Under the pieces are notes generated by a model. It did no database searches. It was not told where the DNA came from and saw only the letters and a program-made list of their open reading frames with translations. Shown here one piece after another: positions 30,326 through 40,094 of a DNA stretch of 64,000 nucleotides. The stretch's first letter is position 1, and each line of letters begins with the position of its first letter. Source of the DNA: Candidatus Multivoradales bacterium (lineage in GTDB: Bacteria; Acidobacteriota; Thermoanaerobaculia; Multivoradales; J023); contig CBDFLE010000005.1 of the NCBI GenBank assembly GCA_965248925.1, positions 256,001 to 320,000 on the forward strand, read 5' to 3'. A program made the position numbers and the translations under genes.

Positions 30326-30545
30326 GGTTGAAAAAGCGCTGTAGCGTAGTACAGCGTAGGTGGAGTGCAAAGCTCATGGAATCAGCAGTTACGAGCTGCT
30401 CCTGTTGACATCCGGCTGCTCTCCTGGGTACTTACTCCTCTCACATTTCGGCTGGGCTGGCGTTCTTGAGCCTGCTCGCTGGGCCTCACTCGGTTGGTCG
30501 AGTTCGGTCCTGTGCCGAAGTAGATCTTCCGAGAGGAGAGGCACC

Positions 30546-30923
30546 ATGACAGCAGATCCGAAGACGACTTCCGCGGCAACCGAAACCGAGTACCTCTACA
30601 GCATCCGGGTTGCCGACGAGGCAGGGGAGGATTGCGCGATCTGTGAGGCTCCGACGGGGGCCGGGCCAGTCGGCTATCGGGACGACGATACCGTCTGCGA
30701 CATGTGCTTGCTCGATGCCTGCACCGACCTTGGGTTGGTCCTGGCGCTAATTGCTGTAACTCGGGCCTTCGGGGCTGTGCCTTGGAGGGACAGGGAATCA
30801 GGTCAAGAAGGACTCGCTCAGCTTGGGGCCTTCGCTCGGGTGTTCGAGCACATTTTGGCTAAGAAGTCGGAGCGGCGGGGGATGGATCTGCCGGAGAGGG
30901 ACGAGGCTCTGCGGGATCTGTAA
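30546..30923 (+). CDS. Small CxxC..CxxC Zn-ribbon hypothetical protein
   Basis: RBS GAGGAG; CAIC...CDMC. Confidence 0.65.
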   Translation: MTADPKTTSAATETEYLYSIRVADEAGEDCAICEAPTGAGPVGYRDDDTVCDMCLLDACTDLGLVLALIAVTRAFGAVPWRDRESGQEGLAQLGAFARVFEHILAKKSERRGMDLPERDEALRDL

Positions 30924-31075
30924 GCTCTGGCAAGTGATTGAAATGGTTGAAGTTCGAGCTTCTGCCCACGACAAGCTCCTGTGGGGACGAGCCCAAGCTC
31001 TACAGCTAAACTCCGACCTGCTAGAATCGGCGGCAATCGCAAACCTCACATACCTTCCAATGGAGGACACAAGCA

Positions 31076-31804
31076 ATGTCAACGACTTCACGCTGCGTCG
31101 TTTTTCTTGTGGTTTTTGGCGCTCTTGCCGGGGCGCTCTTCGCCAATGATGGCTACGATGGCTCTCATCTCACCCTTCGCGAGGAAGATCCAGGTATAGA
31201 CACATCTGGCTATTCCCTCAGCGACATAGACATCGACTCGGCGTTCGACCTCGATTTGGACTCCGATTCGGATCGCCCAACTGCCCCTGAGAGAGATCGC
31301 CCAACAGCCCAGAAGCGCAGCAGCAGATCAACACATAGCGCTCCGCCACCAATAGCACCGACGTACGATCCGAGAATCGACATCCCGCAAAGCAACTTTG
31401 ACATGCTCAGAAAGAAGGAGGCGCATCGGAAGCACAGCGACCGACTCCTCAATCGTCGCCAGAGAGCCCTGAATCGCGACGATCCGCGAGCCATCAACCG
31501 CGCTTACGAAGACATAGAGCGGTACAACAACGAGCAAGCGGAAGCGCTACAAAAGTGGCATCTCCAGGACCGACGTGTCCACCCCCCGGTGTCGATAGGA
31601 GAAGAGCCAGTTCGATGGGAAATTCAGACACCTGAAATAATAGCCGAGAGGAAAAAGCGCATAGAGCGCTACCGACTCGAGGAAGAGCAGCGACGCCGGC
31701 AATTATACCTACGAGAGAGGGATCGCCAGAAGAAGACACACAATCTCCACATCAACGATCCTAACGGCTCTACCTACCAGGATTTTCCCGATGTTGATGG
31801 GTAG
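31076..31804 (+). CDS. Secreted charged hypothetical protein
   Basis: Signal peptide (VVFLVVFGALAGALFA); acidic then coiled segments. Confidence 0.6.
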   Translation: MSTTSRCVVFLVVFGALAGALFANDGYDGSHLTLREEDPGIDTSGYSLSDIDIDSAFDLDLDSDSDRPTAPERDRPTAQKRSSRSTHSAPPPIAPTYDPRIDIPQSNFDMLRKKEAHRKHSDRLLNRRQRALNRDDPRAINRAYEDIERYNNEQAEALQKWHLQDRRVHPPVSIGEEPVRWEIQTPEIIAERKKRIERYRLEEEQRRRQLYLRERDRQKKTHNLHINDPNGSTYQDFPDVDG

Positions 31805-32771
31805 GCACTCAAACAATTTTCTCGCGCTTCACCTAGTATTTCTGCTTACACCTGGAGTTCTACTCGCAAGCACAGAGGGAGACGAACCCTCCTGCGACCC
31901 TCCACCAGTATCCACGTGCGACTCAACCAAGAAGCCCACATGGAAGTACACATGCGAACCACCATACTGCGACACCGCAACAGATGAAGGTCGCTCCCAA
32001 ATAACGATGCAAGCAGTAAAGCTTGTCTGGGAAGCGATCCTGGACTGCAAGTCCACTGATCCCCAGCTGGAGTACCACTCCAATCTCCCTCGATTCCTTA
32101 GCGAATCTGGAGATGATGGCTTCCTAACGGAATGCTCACGCTCGCTTCAGAGACCGCCCTGGTTCGAGTGCGACATAACAAGAACAGTCCGGCCGTGCTA
32201 CGACTATGACTTTGACCAATGGGCCGTATTTGAAGAAGAACTAATTAACGGCGGAATTGCTTTCTTTTTCTCAGCGGAATACAGCCCCATTGGCGGCAGC
32301 AATCTTGCCGGACGATTCTCGAGAACCTATAGCAACAAGACAGTTAGACTTGCAACACATGAAGTCGACAACTACGAGGACGCACCATTCCTCACTGATG
32401 AAACTGAGAAGCAGCGCTACGACGACCTAGACAAGGCATACTCCTTTGACGCACGAGTACAAGAGTTCACAGCCCGAATCTCGATCTTACCTTACATTTT
32501 TGACACCAACGGCCTCTGCATCCCTGAAAATGGCGGAAGATGGGCTGAGACTCCCCTTCAGGCCGCCAAGTACATAGCAGCTCATGAGATGGGGCATTTC
32601 GAGCATTATTTCGCTGAAAAGTTTCGAGAGTATGACGAGGATGCGTATCCCGTTTTTCAGCTCGTGGGCTTTGGCAAAGAAGAAGACGCATGGTCTTATG
32701 CGTCTCTAGTTCTAAGGTGCAGCTCTGACACTAGGAAGCCCGCTATCCCGGATAGTTCACGACACGACTAA
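31791..32771 (+). CDS. Secreted Cys-rich HExxH metallopeptidase-like protein
   Basis: Signal peptide; IAAHEMGH followed by E..AWSYA. Confidence 0.65.
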   Translation: MLMGRHSNNFLALHLVFLLTPGVLLASTEGDEPSCDPPPVSTCDSTKKPTWKYTCEPPYCDTATDEGRSQITMQAVKLVWEAILDCKSTDPQLEYHSNLPRFLSESGDDGFLTECSRSLQRPPWFECDITRTVRPCYDYDFDQWAVFEEELINGGIAFFFSAEYSPIGGSNLAGRFSRTYSNKTVRLATHEVDNYEDAPFLTDETEKQRYDDLDKAYSFDARVQEFTARISILPYIFDTNGLCIPENGGRWAETPLQAAKYIAAHEMGHFEHYFAEKFREYDEDAYPVFQLVGFGKEEDAWSYASLVLRCSSDTRKPAIPDSSRHD

Positions 32772-32980
32772 AGAAGGGCCTGTAGTGGGCAATAACTCAA
32801 TCCGGCCCATTCGGTCATGCCGCGACCAGTGAGTACTCATGGTGAAGGCCGCCAAGGACAGCCTTCGAGGCTACTTGACGTCCCTGCGATAGCCGCTTCC
32901 GTTCAGTTTCAAAGTCCAAGCACCGGCTCGCGACCACTGGTATATTCGGGCCAAGACTCTCGTGCGGCCTTTGGTAGTTG

Positions 32981-33113
32981 TACAACCATGTACATCCCCA
33001 CAGCTCGTTGGGGAACCTATCGCCGGCTGAGTTTGCTGGTGCGATCCGCAAGCAAGAAATGAGAGTGTGCTAAGACTCTCATTGGCCGTGGTACAACCAT
33101 GGGGAGCACCTCA
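32981..33113 (+). mobile_element. Second IS3-family 3' end remnant
   Basis: YNHVHPHSSLGNLSPAEF plus ~60 bp end nearly identical (inverted) to 27981-28040. Confidence 0.8.
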
Positions 33114-33749
33114 CTGGCCGGCGCTTCTTGGACTTCCATGTCCGGTAGGCACGGAAGCCGAGCCGATGCCATCGGACGACCGTCTCGGGCTTCACCAGAA
33201 TCAGAGCATCACGCCATCTCGGCCAGAAACGGCGAAGAGCGACCCAGAAGAGTCGACCGAGCGTCGGCATTCTGCGGCGCGGCTTCTGGCCCTGAAGAAC
33301 CGCGAGCTGTTGGCGAAGAGCGGCGTTCTCGAGGATCAGATCGGGATCGGAATAGGGAAGCGAGGGAAGCCAAGGAAGCTCGGATCATGGGCCGTGCCTA
33401 TTCCGACGAAACTGACCAGCCATTCCGATCGAAACCGACCACTTGTCGGAGCGAAGCGACGCTGGCGCTCTCCTCAGTTGTAAGTGTCCACTTTCGCTGT
33501 AGCTGGGGCCCTCCTTCCGGCTCTTCTTCTTGATTGATTGTATTCAAATAACCCGTCGTCGGGGCTGTGCGTAGCTGTGGGAAACGCAGGTTGGGGGGCA
33601 GGGGGGCGTTTTCCAAGCGGTTGTGGGAATCGCAGAGCGATTTCCACAACCGCGGCAGCTTCCACAGTCCATCTTGGGTCGGGTCCGGATCGGGCCGCAG
33701 GCCCGCTGATGGGTCAGGATCGGCGATCGCTTCAGCATGCTCTTGGATC

Positions 33750-34514
33750 TCACCTTGCCTCTCGCTGGGCGGCCTTGCGAATACCGCCGGCTCTCTTCGC
33801 CCGCATGGAGTCACCGTCCACCGCGAGCTTGTAGGCGCCGTGGACAGTGCGATCGAGGATGGCGTCGGCCAAGGTCGGATCGCCGATGACCTCGTACCAG
33901 CTCTCAACCGGTAGCTGGGAGGTCACCAGCGTGGAGCGGTTGCCGTAGCGGTCCTCAAGAATCTCGAGCAGGTCGCGCCGCTCGCTGGCCCCGATCGGCG
34001 CCAGCCCCCAGTCGTCGAGGATGAGCAGGTCTGTGCGAGCATAGCTCTTGAGCAGCTTCTCGTAGCTACCATCACCCCGCGCGATGGCGAGCTGGCGAAA
34101 CAGCCTCGGCACCCGCAGGTACAAAGCGGTGTAACCCTCCCGACATGCCTTGTGCGCGAAGGCGCAGGCGAGAAAGGTCTTGCCCACCCCGGCCTTGCCG
34201 GTGATCAGCACGTTGAGATGCTCGGCGATCCACTGGCACGAGGCCAGGCGCAGGATCTGGCCTTTGTCCAGGCCCCTCTTGGCTCGCCAGTCGATGTCTT
34301 CGATGGCCGCCTGCTCGCGCAGCTTGGCTTTTCGCAACCGCGCTATCAAGCGGCGGCTGGATCGCTCGGTCGCTTCGCGCTCGACCAGCAGCCCGAGGCG
34401 CTCTTCGAAGGAGAGCTCTGAGACATCGACCATCGACAGCTGCTCCTCAAAGGCTTTGGCCATACCGTGGAGCTTGAGCGCGGCGAGTTGATCGAGCGTC
34501 GCGTGCCTCAGCAT
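33750..34514 (-). CDS. istB: IS21 helper ATPase
   Basis: GKAGVGKT Walker A, LLILDDWG, TSQLP, ADAILDR. Confidence 0.95.
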   Translation of the reverse strand: MLRHATLDQLAALKLHGMAKAFEEQLSMVDVSELSFEERLGLLVEREATERSSRRLIARLRKAKLREQAAIEDIDWRAKRGLDKGQILRLASCQWIAEHLNVLITGKAGVGKTFLACAFAHKACREGYTALYLRVPRLFRQLAIARGDGSYEKLLKSYARTDLLILDDWGLAPIGASERRDLLEILEDRYGNRSTLVTSQLPVESWYEVIGDPTLADAILDRTVHGAYKLAVDGDSMRAKRAGGIRKAAQREAR

Positions 34515-36082
34515 GGCGGCGTCTCCTCGCGGCGCGCGGCACTGTAGTAGCTGGCGCCGCGGACGTTGCGGTGCTCGATCGGCGCCGTCACTTCGGTGGG
34601 CTCGGGCGCTGCTTGCTGGTCCAGGCCGCTCTTCAGGATCGACTTCACGCTCTTGTAGGACAGGCCGTGAATGGCGAGCGCGCGGCGGCACGCAGCCTCC
34701 AAACGATTGGCACCATAGGTCTTGCCCAGGCGCATCAGCCCCAGACACGAGCGAAAGCCGTGCTGAGGATGGGAGCGGTTAAGCATGATGGTCTCCACCA
34801 GTTCGGCCGTCGCCTGGCCTGTTTTCGCCGCCCAGCTGATCAGCCGTGTCGGTGTCCACTCCAGGTACGCCTGGTGCGCTTTGGGCATGTGCTCGCTCTG
34901 GGTCGTGTGCCGACCCCGACACCGATTGCGACGATGAGCAGCCACACGCTTGCCGCGATCGAGCACCTCCACCAGTTGCGCCGTCGCCCGCAGATCGAGC
35001 TGCTTCTTGATCAGCTGGTACGGCACACTGTAATAGTGGCCCTCGAACTCGACGTGGTAGTCCGGGGCAACGCGTACCTTCTTCCATTCGGCAAGCTCGT
35101 AGGGCTGGAGCGGCAAAGCACCCAGAGCAGGACGATCGACCTGCTCGAACAGCGCTCGGCGCGAGACGCCCAACACCTTCAGCGGACGGTCGTTAAGCTC
35201 GACCAGAAGCTTCGCGATGCTCTCGTTGAGCTCTCGCAGGCTGAAGAACTGCTGGTTACGCAGCCGGGCCAGAATCCAGCGCTCCACTTGCAATACACCG
35301 TTTTCGACCTTCGCCTTGTCTTGGGGCTTCCTCACCCGCGCCGGCACCACCGCCACGCCGTAGTGCTCGGCCAACTCCGCGTAGGTGCGATTGATCTCCG
35401 GCTCGTAGCGGCACGGGCTGGTCACGCCGCTCTTCAGATTGTCCGGCACCACCAGCTCGCTCACCCCGCCCAGAGCCGCGAAGGTCCGCACATGAGAGCC
35501 GATCCAGTCCTCCAGGCCCTGGCTCCACGTTGATTCGGCATAGGTGTAGTTGCTCGCCCCCAGCACCGCCACGAAGATCTGCGCTTCGCGCGCTTTGCCA
35601 GTCGCCGGGTCGATCACCCTCACGGTCTGTCCGGCATAGTCGACGAACAGCTTCTCGCCCGCCCGGTAGGCTTGGCGCAGGCACACATCCAGGCGCCCTT
35701 CCCAGATCCGGTACAGCTGACAGAAGCGGCTGAGACCGTAGCCGTCAGGATGGTCCTCCCGGTACTCCTGCCACAGCAGCGACAGGGTTACGCACTTCTT
35801 CTTCAGCTCGCCATGCACCTTGGTCCAGTCGGGCAAGGCTCGCTGACCACCCCTCCGAAGCGGCTGCGGCCGAGGGTACAGGCGTTGCTCCAGCTCAGCG
35901 TCGCTCAAAGCTGCTACTTGCTCCCAGCTCAGGCCTTCAACCTTGGCTCGCAGCAGGTAGTTGCACACCGTCCCGTGGCCCAGCCGAACCGACCGTCCGA
36001 TCTGGCGGTGCGACAGGCCATGCTGCCATTTCAGTCTCAGTACCTCGCGTATCTTGCGCATCGATGTCCTCACTCTCGGCAT
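34508..36082 (-). CDS. istA: IS21 transposase
   Basis: GEKLFVDYAG, VPDNLKSGV, KPQDKAKVE, YYSVPY. Confidence 0.95.
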   Translation of the reverse strand: MPRVRTSMRKIREVLRLKWQHGLSHRQIGRSVRLGHGTVCNYLLRAKVEGLSWEQVAALSDAELEQRLYPRPQPLRRGGQRALPDWTKVHGELKKKCVTLSLLWQEYREDHPDGYGLSRFCQLYRIWEGRLDVCLRQAYRAGEKLFVDYAGQTVRVIDPATGKAREAQIFVAVLGASNYTYAESTWSQGLEDWIGSHVRTFAALGGVSELVVPDNLKSGVTSPCRYEPEINRTYAELAEHYGVAVVPARVRKPQDKAKVENGVLQVERWILARLRNQQFFSLRELNESIAKLLVELNDRPLKVLGVSRRALFEQVDRPALGALPLQPYELAEWKKVRVAPDYHVEFEGHYYSVPYQLIKKQLDLRATAQLVEVLDRGKRVAAHRRNRCRGRHTTQSEHMPKAHQAYLEWTPTRLISWAAKTGQATAELVETIMLNRSHPQHGFRSCLGLMRLGKTYGANRLEAACRRALAIHGLSYKSVKSILKSGLDQQAAPEPTEVTAPIEHRNVRGASYYSAARREETPPC

Positions 36083-36399
36083 CCAATTCTCCTTTCAAGG
36101 AGGCTGGAATACCCCAATTGTGAGGAGCGCGCTACCGTCGAACTCCGCCGTGGCCAGGATTCCGATCCAATCTGACCACCCATTCCGATCGACCCGGAAA
36201 AGTGGTCACTTTCGATCGGAATCGATGGTCAGATTCCGTTGGAATCACTGGTCACTTTCAATCGGAATCGGTGGTCGGTTTCCGTCGGTGCAGGCAGGCC
36301 GATCATGCCCTGACGGGCTCCGTCAAGCAAGATGTATGCGTTCCGGCCTATGGGCTGTAAGTCGTTGAGAAAACAGGTCGGTATTTTATTGGCGAGGCA

Positions 36400-38415
36400 G
36401 TGCGCCAGGCCAAGCCTGGGTGAGGAGGACAAGATTTAGATCATTGAAACCTCACGACGTAACCCGGCAGGTGGGAATCCTGCCCAGCAAAGGTTGGCCA
36501 CCAGCTGGAAGCGAGTCTTGCGTGGTGCCGTAGCGATGCGGGCTGCGAAGCGTAGACAGCGAGTGCTCAGGCTGTGTGATGGAGCCCCGATATCAAATTG
36601 TTGTTGCGGCGGTCGACGTAATTGTCTCTGCGGAAGACAGGATCTCTCCACCGTCTTGGCCAGGTGGAAGAGGCGCTGCCGGGGTCGATGAGCAGGGCAT
36701 GAGCACACGAGGGTTACCCAGGAACCTGGGAGGCCCTGTCTTCTCCAGATCGAAACGCCGGTTGATGGGCACCGGGGAATCAACAGTCCAGGCCCGCGAG
36801 AGCTCGCGTTCGGCCCCTCGCGGGAGCGAATGAAAGGAACGCAATCTGGTACCGCCAAGCGAAGGCAACGAAGTGCGGCGGGATGGACGACAGGGAGTCA
36901 GAGTGCCTCATAGTACCGGTGAAGCCGGGGAACCCGCCCACGGGACCCGGTGGAGGGAAGGGGGCGCCGAATCACTGACCCGTTGGGGGGAAAGATGGCG
37001 AGAGCATCGGATCTCGGGAACATCTCAACGCGACTTCAGCGGATAGCAAAGCTGGCTCAGGAGGCACCGGATCGTGTGCTGACGAGCCTGGCCTACTACA
37101 TTGATGTCGACTTTCTGCGGGAAGCCTATCGGCGAACGCGGAAGGACGGTGCGGTGGGCGTGGATGGTCAGACGGCGTCGGACTATGCGGAGAATCTGGA
37201 GGAAAACCTCCGGTCTTTGCTAGAACGCTTCCGTTCGAGTAGTTACCGCGCACCGCCCGTGCGGCGTCACTACATTCCGAAAGGCGATGGGTCGAAGACC
37301 CGGTCGATCGGGATTCCCACCTTCGAGGACAAAGTCCTTCAGAGAGCCGTGGCGATGGTGCTGTCGGCGGTCTATGAGCAGGACTTCTTGGACTGCTCGT
37401 TTGGGTTTCGGCCCGGCCGCTCTGCGCATCAGGCGCTGGACGTTCTATGGAAGGGTCTGATGAATCAGGGTGGTGGCTGGGTTCTAGACATGGACATTCA
37501 GGGTTTCTTCGATGCCCTGGTGCCCGCACACCTTCGAGGTTTCTTGGACCAGAGGGTACGCGATGGAGTGCTACGGCGGGCGATCGACAAGTGGCTCAAG
37601 GCGGGTGTGATGGAGAAGGGGAGCGTGGTCCACTCGGATCGAGGCAGTCCACAAGGCGGGGTGATCTCACCGATTTTGGCCAACTTGTACCTGCACGAAG
37701 TGCTCGACAAGTGGTTCGAGGAGGTGGTCAAGCCTCGTCTCCGGGGTAGGGCGTTTCTGATCCGCTACGCCGATGACGCTCTGCTGGTCTTCACGGACGA
37801 GCAGGATGCGCGGCGAGTTCTGGCGGTTCTGCCGAAGCGGCTCGACCGTTTCGGTTTGACGCTCCATCCGGAGAAGACGCGCCTCGTCCGGTTCCAGCGT
37901 TCCCATCATCGAGCACGGCCCAAGGGAGGCGAGCGCCCGGAGACCTTTGATCTCCTGGGGTTCACCCACTTCTGGGGCCGATCTCGACGGGGAAACTGGG
38001 TGGTCAAGCGCAAGACAGCCAAGGATCGATTTCGTCGTGCGCTGAAGAGGATCTCGATGTGGTGTCGTCGGTATAGGCATGCGCCGGTCCCGTGGCAGCG
38101 AGCTCTGCTCGCACTCAAGCTGCGAGGCCACTATGCTTACTACGGCATCACAGGAAACTCGATAGCGCTGGCGCTCTTTGCCGACCGGGTCAAGATGATC
38201 TGGTTCAAGTGGCTCAACCGCCGATCTCAGAGGTCAGGTCTGACGCTGAGGAAGTTCCGTCAGGGGCTTCTGAAGCGCAACCCGCTTCCTGGGCCGGTGG
38301 CGGTCCACTCGGTGCTGCGCGTAGCGAAACTGTGATTCGAGGAGCCGGATGCGGTAGTCCCGCACGTCCGGATCTGTGGGAGCCCCGGGTGGGTAACCGC
38401 CCGGGGCCACCCGAT
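36400..38415 (+). ncRNA. Group II intron ribozyme (bacterial class E-like by inference)
   Basis: 5' GTGCG at 36400; domain V GAGCCGGATGCGGTAGTCCCGCACGTCCGGATC; domain VI ending ACCCGAT; candidate EBS1 TGTCTC (36623-36628) pairs with exon GAGGCA. Confidence 0.88.
36995..38335 (+). CDS. ltrA: Group II intron reverse transcriptase/maturase (no endonuclease domain)
   Basis: [48 protein letters not shown] domain LRGHYAYY. Confidence 0.95.
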   Translation: MARASDLGNISTRLQRIAKLAQEAPDRVLTSLAYYIDVDFLREAYRRTRKDGAVGVDGQTASDYAENLEENLRSLLERFRSSSYRAPPVRRHYIPKGDGSKTRSIGIPTFEDKVLQRAVAMVLSAVYEQDFLDCSFGFRPGRSAHQALDVLWKGLMNQGGGWVLDMDIQGFFDALVPAHLRGFLDQRVRDGVLRRAIDKWLKAGVMEKGSVVHSDRGSPQGGVISPILANLYLHEVLDKWFEEVVKPRLRGRAFLIRYADDALLVFTDEQDARRVLAVLPKRLDRFGLTLHPEKTRLVRFQRSHHRARPKGGERPETFDLLGFTHFWGRSRRGNWVVKRKTAKDRFRRALKRISMWCRRYRHAPVPWQRALLALKLRGHYAYYGITGNSIALALFADRVKMIWFKWLNRRSQRSGLTLRKFRQGLLKRNPLPGPVAVHSVLRVAKL

Positions 38416-38528
38416 CAGCCAGCGCTCGGGCTCGGATTACACCGAATAGATACGTTCTTGCTCAGCCGCTAACATGGAAACCCAAAGCGTAGACTTTCTG
38501 CACGGGTCGCGAAGGATGTGACCGTCTC

Positions 38529-39140
38529 GTGCGACAACAGGAAACGATGGAGCAAGAACTCAACTTCGAAGGGCGCGTCGAGGACCGAGCCCTGGTGCGC
38601 CGGATGTCCAACGGTGATCCATCCGCGTTCGATACCTTCGCCTACCGCTATTCACCGATGCTGATGCGCTACACGCAGGTTCATCTCTCGTCCTATCCAG
38701 AGGCAGTGACCGACGTGGTGCAGTCCACGCTGGTGGCAGCGATCGAGCGCATCGAAACCTACCGGGGTGAAGGTGCCTTGGGCGCCTGGATGATCGGCAT
38801 CTGCCGCTTTCAGATCGGTACCTACCAACGCCGTCGTAGAATGCGTAATAGACTCGCCGGTAACGCTCCTGAGAACTTCGATCGCCTCCAGTCGGAGGAG
38901 GAATCACCGGCTGCCGAATTCGAACGTCGGGAGCTGAAAGCCATGGTTCACAGCACCCTTGAGCTCCTGCCGCCGCCCTACGGCGATGTGTTGGAATGGA
39001 AATATCTTCAGGATCTGCCAGTGAAGGCAATCGCAAAGCGGCTCGAGGTGACACCGAAGGCGGCGGAATCGCTCCTCACCCGGGCTCGGGACGCGTTTCG
39101 CAAGTTTTTTGATTTATCCTCGACCCGCTCAGGAGCGTGA
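38529..39140 (+). CDS. ECF sigma factor (FecI-like)
   Basis: DVVQSTL, W..GICR, LEWKY, KAAESLLTRAR. Confidence 0.88.
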   Translation: MRQQETMEQELNFEGRVEDRALVRRMSNGDPSAFDTFAYRYSPMLMRYTQVHLSSYPEAVTDVVQSTLVAAIERIETYRGEGALGAWMIGICRFQIGTYQRRRRMRNRLAGNAPENFDRLQSEEESPAAEFERRELKAMVHSTLELLPPPYGDVLEWKYLQDLPVKAIAKRLEVTPKAAESLLTRARDAFRKFFDLSSTRSGA

Positions 39141-40087
39141 CGATGCAGAGATCCTCTGATCACCGAGGCGAGACCGATCCAGTAGTTGAAAAAATACGAG
39201 CTGCCGGGCCGAGGCCTCCGCTGCTGCCTTTCGACATTGAGGAGCTTGCTGCACCGGCACGCGCTGTCTGGCAGGAGAAGATCGCGAGTAAACGTCGGCG
39301 CTCGCGCCAACGCACCTATTGGGCGCTGGCGGCGGTTCTGTTGGTGGCTGTTGCCGCCGTCCTATACCGTTCCGCATCGGTGCCGGTATTCGCCACCGTG
39401 CGCGCCTATTCGGGCCCCGCCCCCGAGCGTTTCACCGTCGGCTCGCAGGTTGGCTTCGGCACGGTGTTGCGCACCGAGTCTGCGGAGTGGCTGGCGGTGT
39501 GGCTCGGGAGCCACAGTCTACGGCTGGATGCCGGCAGTGAGTTGCGCCTCGACGACGAGTCGCACATCGAGCTGCTGCGCGGCGCGATCTATCTCGAAGC
39601 GTCGCAGGCCCCGCTGAGGGTACGCGCTGGCGGCATCGACATCGAGCACATCGGTACTCGTTTCGAGGTCCGCTTAAGCGGCGGGGGTGTGGTCGTACGA
39701 GTGCGCGACGGTCGAGTGCGGTTCGGCGGAGAGCAGCAATGGACTGAGGTCGCACGTGGTCAGCAGGCGCTGGGCGCCGCCGCCGGCAGCTTCTCGGTCA
39801 GCGAAAGCCCGTCCACGGGCAATTCCTGGCAGTGGATTCGCAAAGCTGCTCCACCGTTCGAGAGTCACGGCGCCAGCCTCGAATCCGTGGTCACCTGGCT
39901 GGCGGGGGAAGCCGGCTGGGAGGTGGCTATCGAACCGGCGCTCTATCTCGATGCATCGGGTCAACCCACACAGGTGCGAGGCTCCATCGATCGACTGAGT
40001 CCCGAAGACGCGCTGAGCCGCGTGCTCGACGGCTCCGACCTGCGCCATCACTTCGACGGCGATCAAGTGATCATTGAAGAGAGATAA
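39137..40087 (+). CDS. FecR-family anti-sigma/sensor
   Basis: Single TM, LRLDAGSEL, LLRGAIY, HIGTRFEV, VRDGRV. Confidence 0.88.
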   Translation: MTMQRSSDHRGETDPVVEKIRAAGPRPPLLPFDIEELAAPARAVWQEKIASKRRRSRQRTYWALAAVLLVAVAAVLYRSASVPVFATVRAYSGPAPERFTVGSQVGFGTVLRTESAEWLAVWLGSHSLRLDAGSELRLDDESHIELLRGAIYLEASQAPLRVRAGGIDIEHIGTRFEVRLSGGGVVVRVRDGRVRFGGEQQWTEVARGQQALGAAAGSFSVSESPSTGNSWQWIRKAAPPFESHGASLESVVTWLAGEAGWEVAIEPALYLDASGQPTQVRGSIDRLSPEDALSRVLDGSDLRHHFDGDQVIIEER

Positions 40088-40094
40088 GCCACAC

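Larger units (their letters stand above)
33395..36296 (-). mobile_element. Complete IS21-family element with 5-bp target duplication GGCCG
   Basis: Ends TGCCTATTCCGACGAAACTGACCA / TGGTCGGTTTCCGTCGGTGCAGGCA, internal ATTCCGAT repeats; GGCCG at 33390-33394 and 36297-36301. Confidence 0.92.
32781..38417 (-). mobile_element. Decayed integrase-core (IS481/IS3-related) element hosting an IS3 remnant, IS21 and a group II intron
   Basis: C-terminus YNYQRPHESLG..LGGLHHEY (32815-32982); N-terminus LENAALRQQL..VKPETVVRWHR (~33114-33389); TGT..ACA ends once the intron is removed; GCC on both flanks. Confidence 0.6.

Noticed and set aside
27981-33113. Composite transposon bounded by IS3 ends
   Set aside because: No target duplication (AGGT vs CTGG), and the two flanks belong to different interrupted elements.
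36160-36296. CRISPR-like repeats
   Set aside because: These short ATTCCGAT/TGACCA repeats are IS21 terminal transposase-binding repeats; there are no unique spacers or cas genes.
36995-38335. RT as a DGR or retron diversifying the Rhs tips
   Set aside because: The RT has YADD, an X domain and flanking group II domains V/VI. Differences between Rhs copies are mostly synonymous third-position changes, not adenine-specific.
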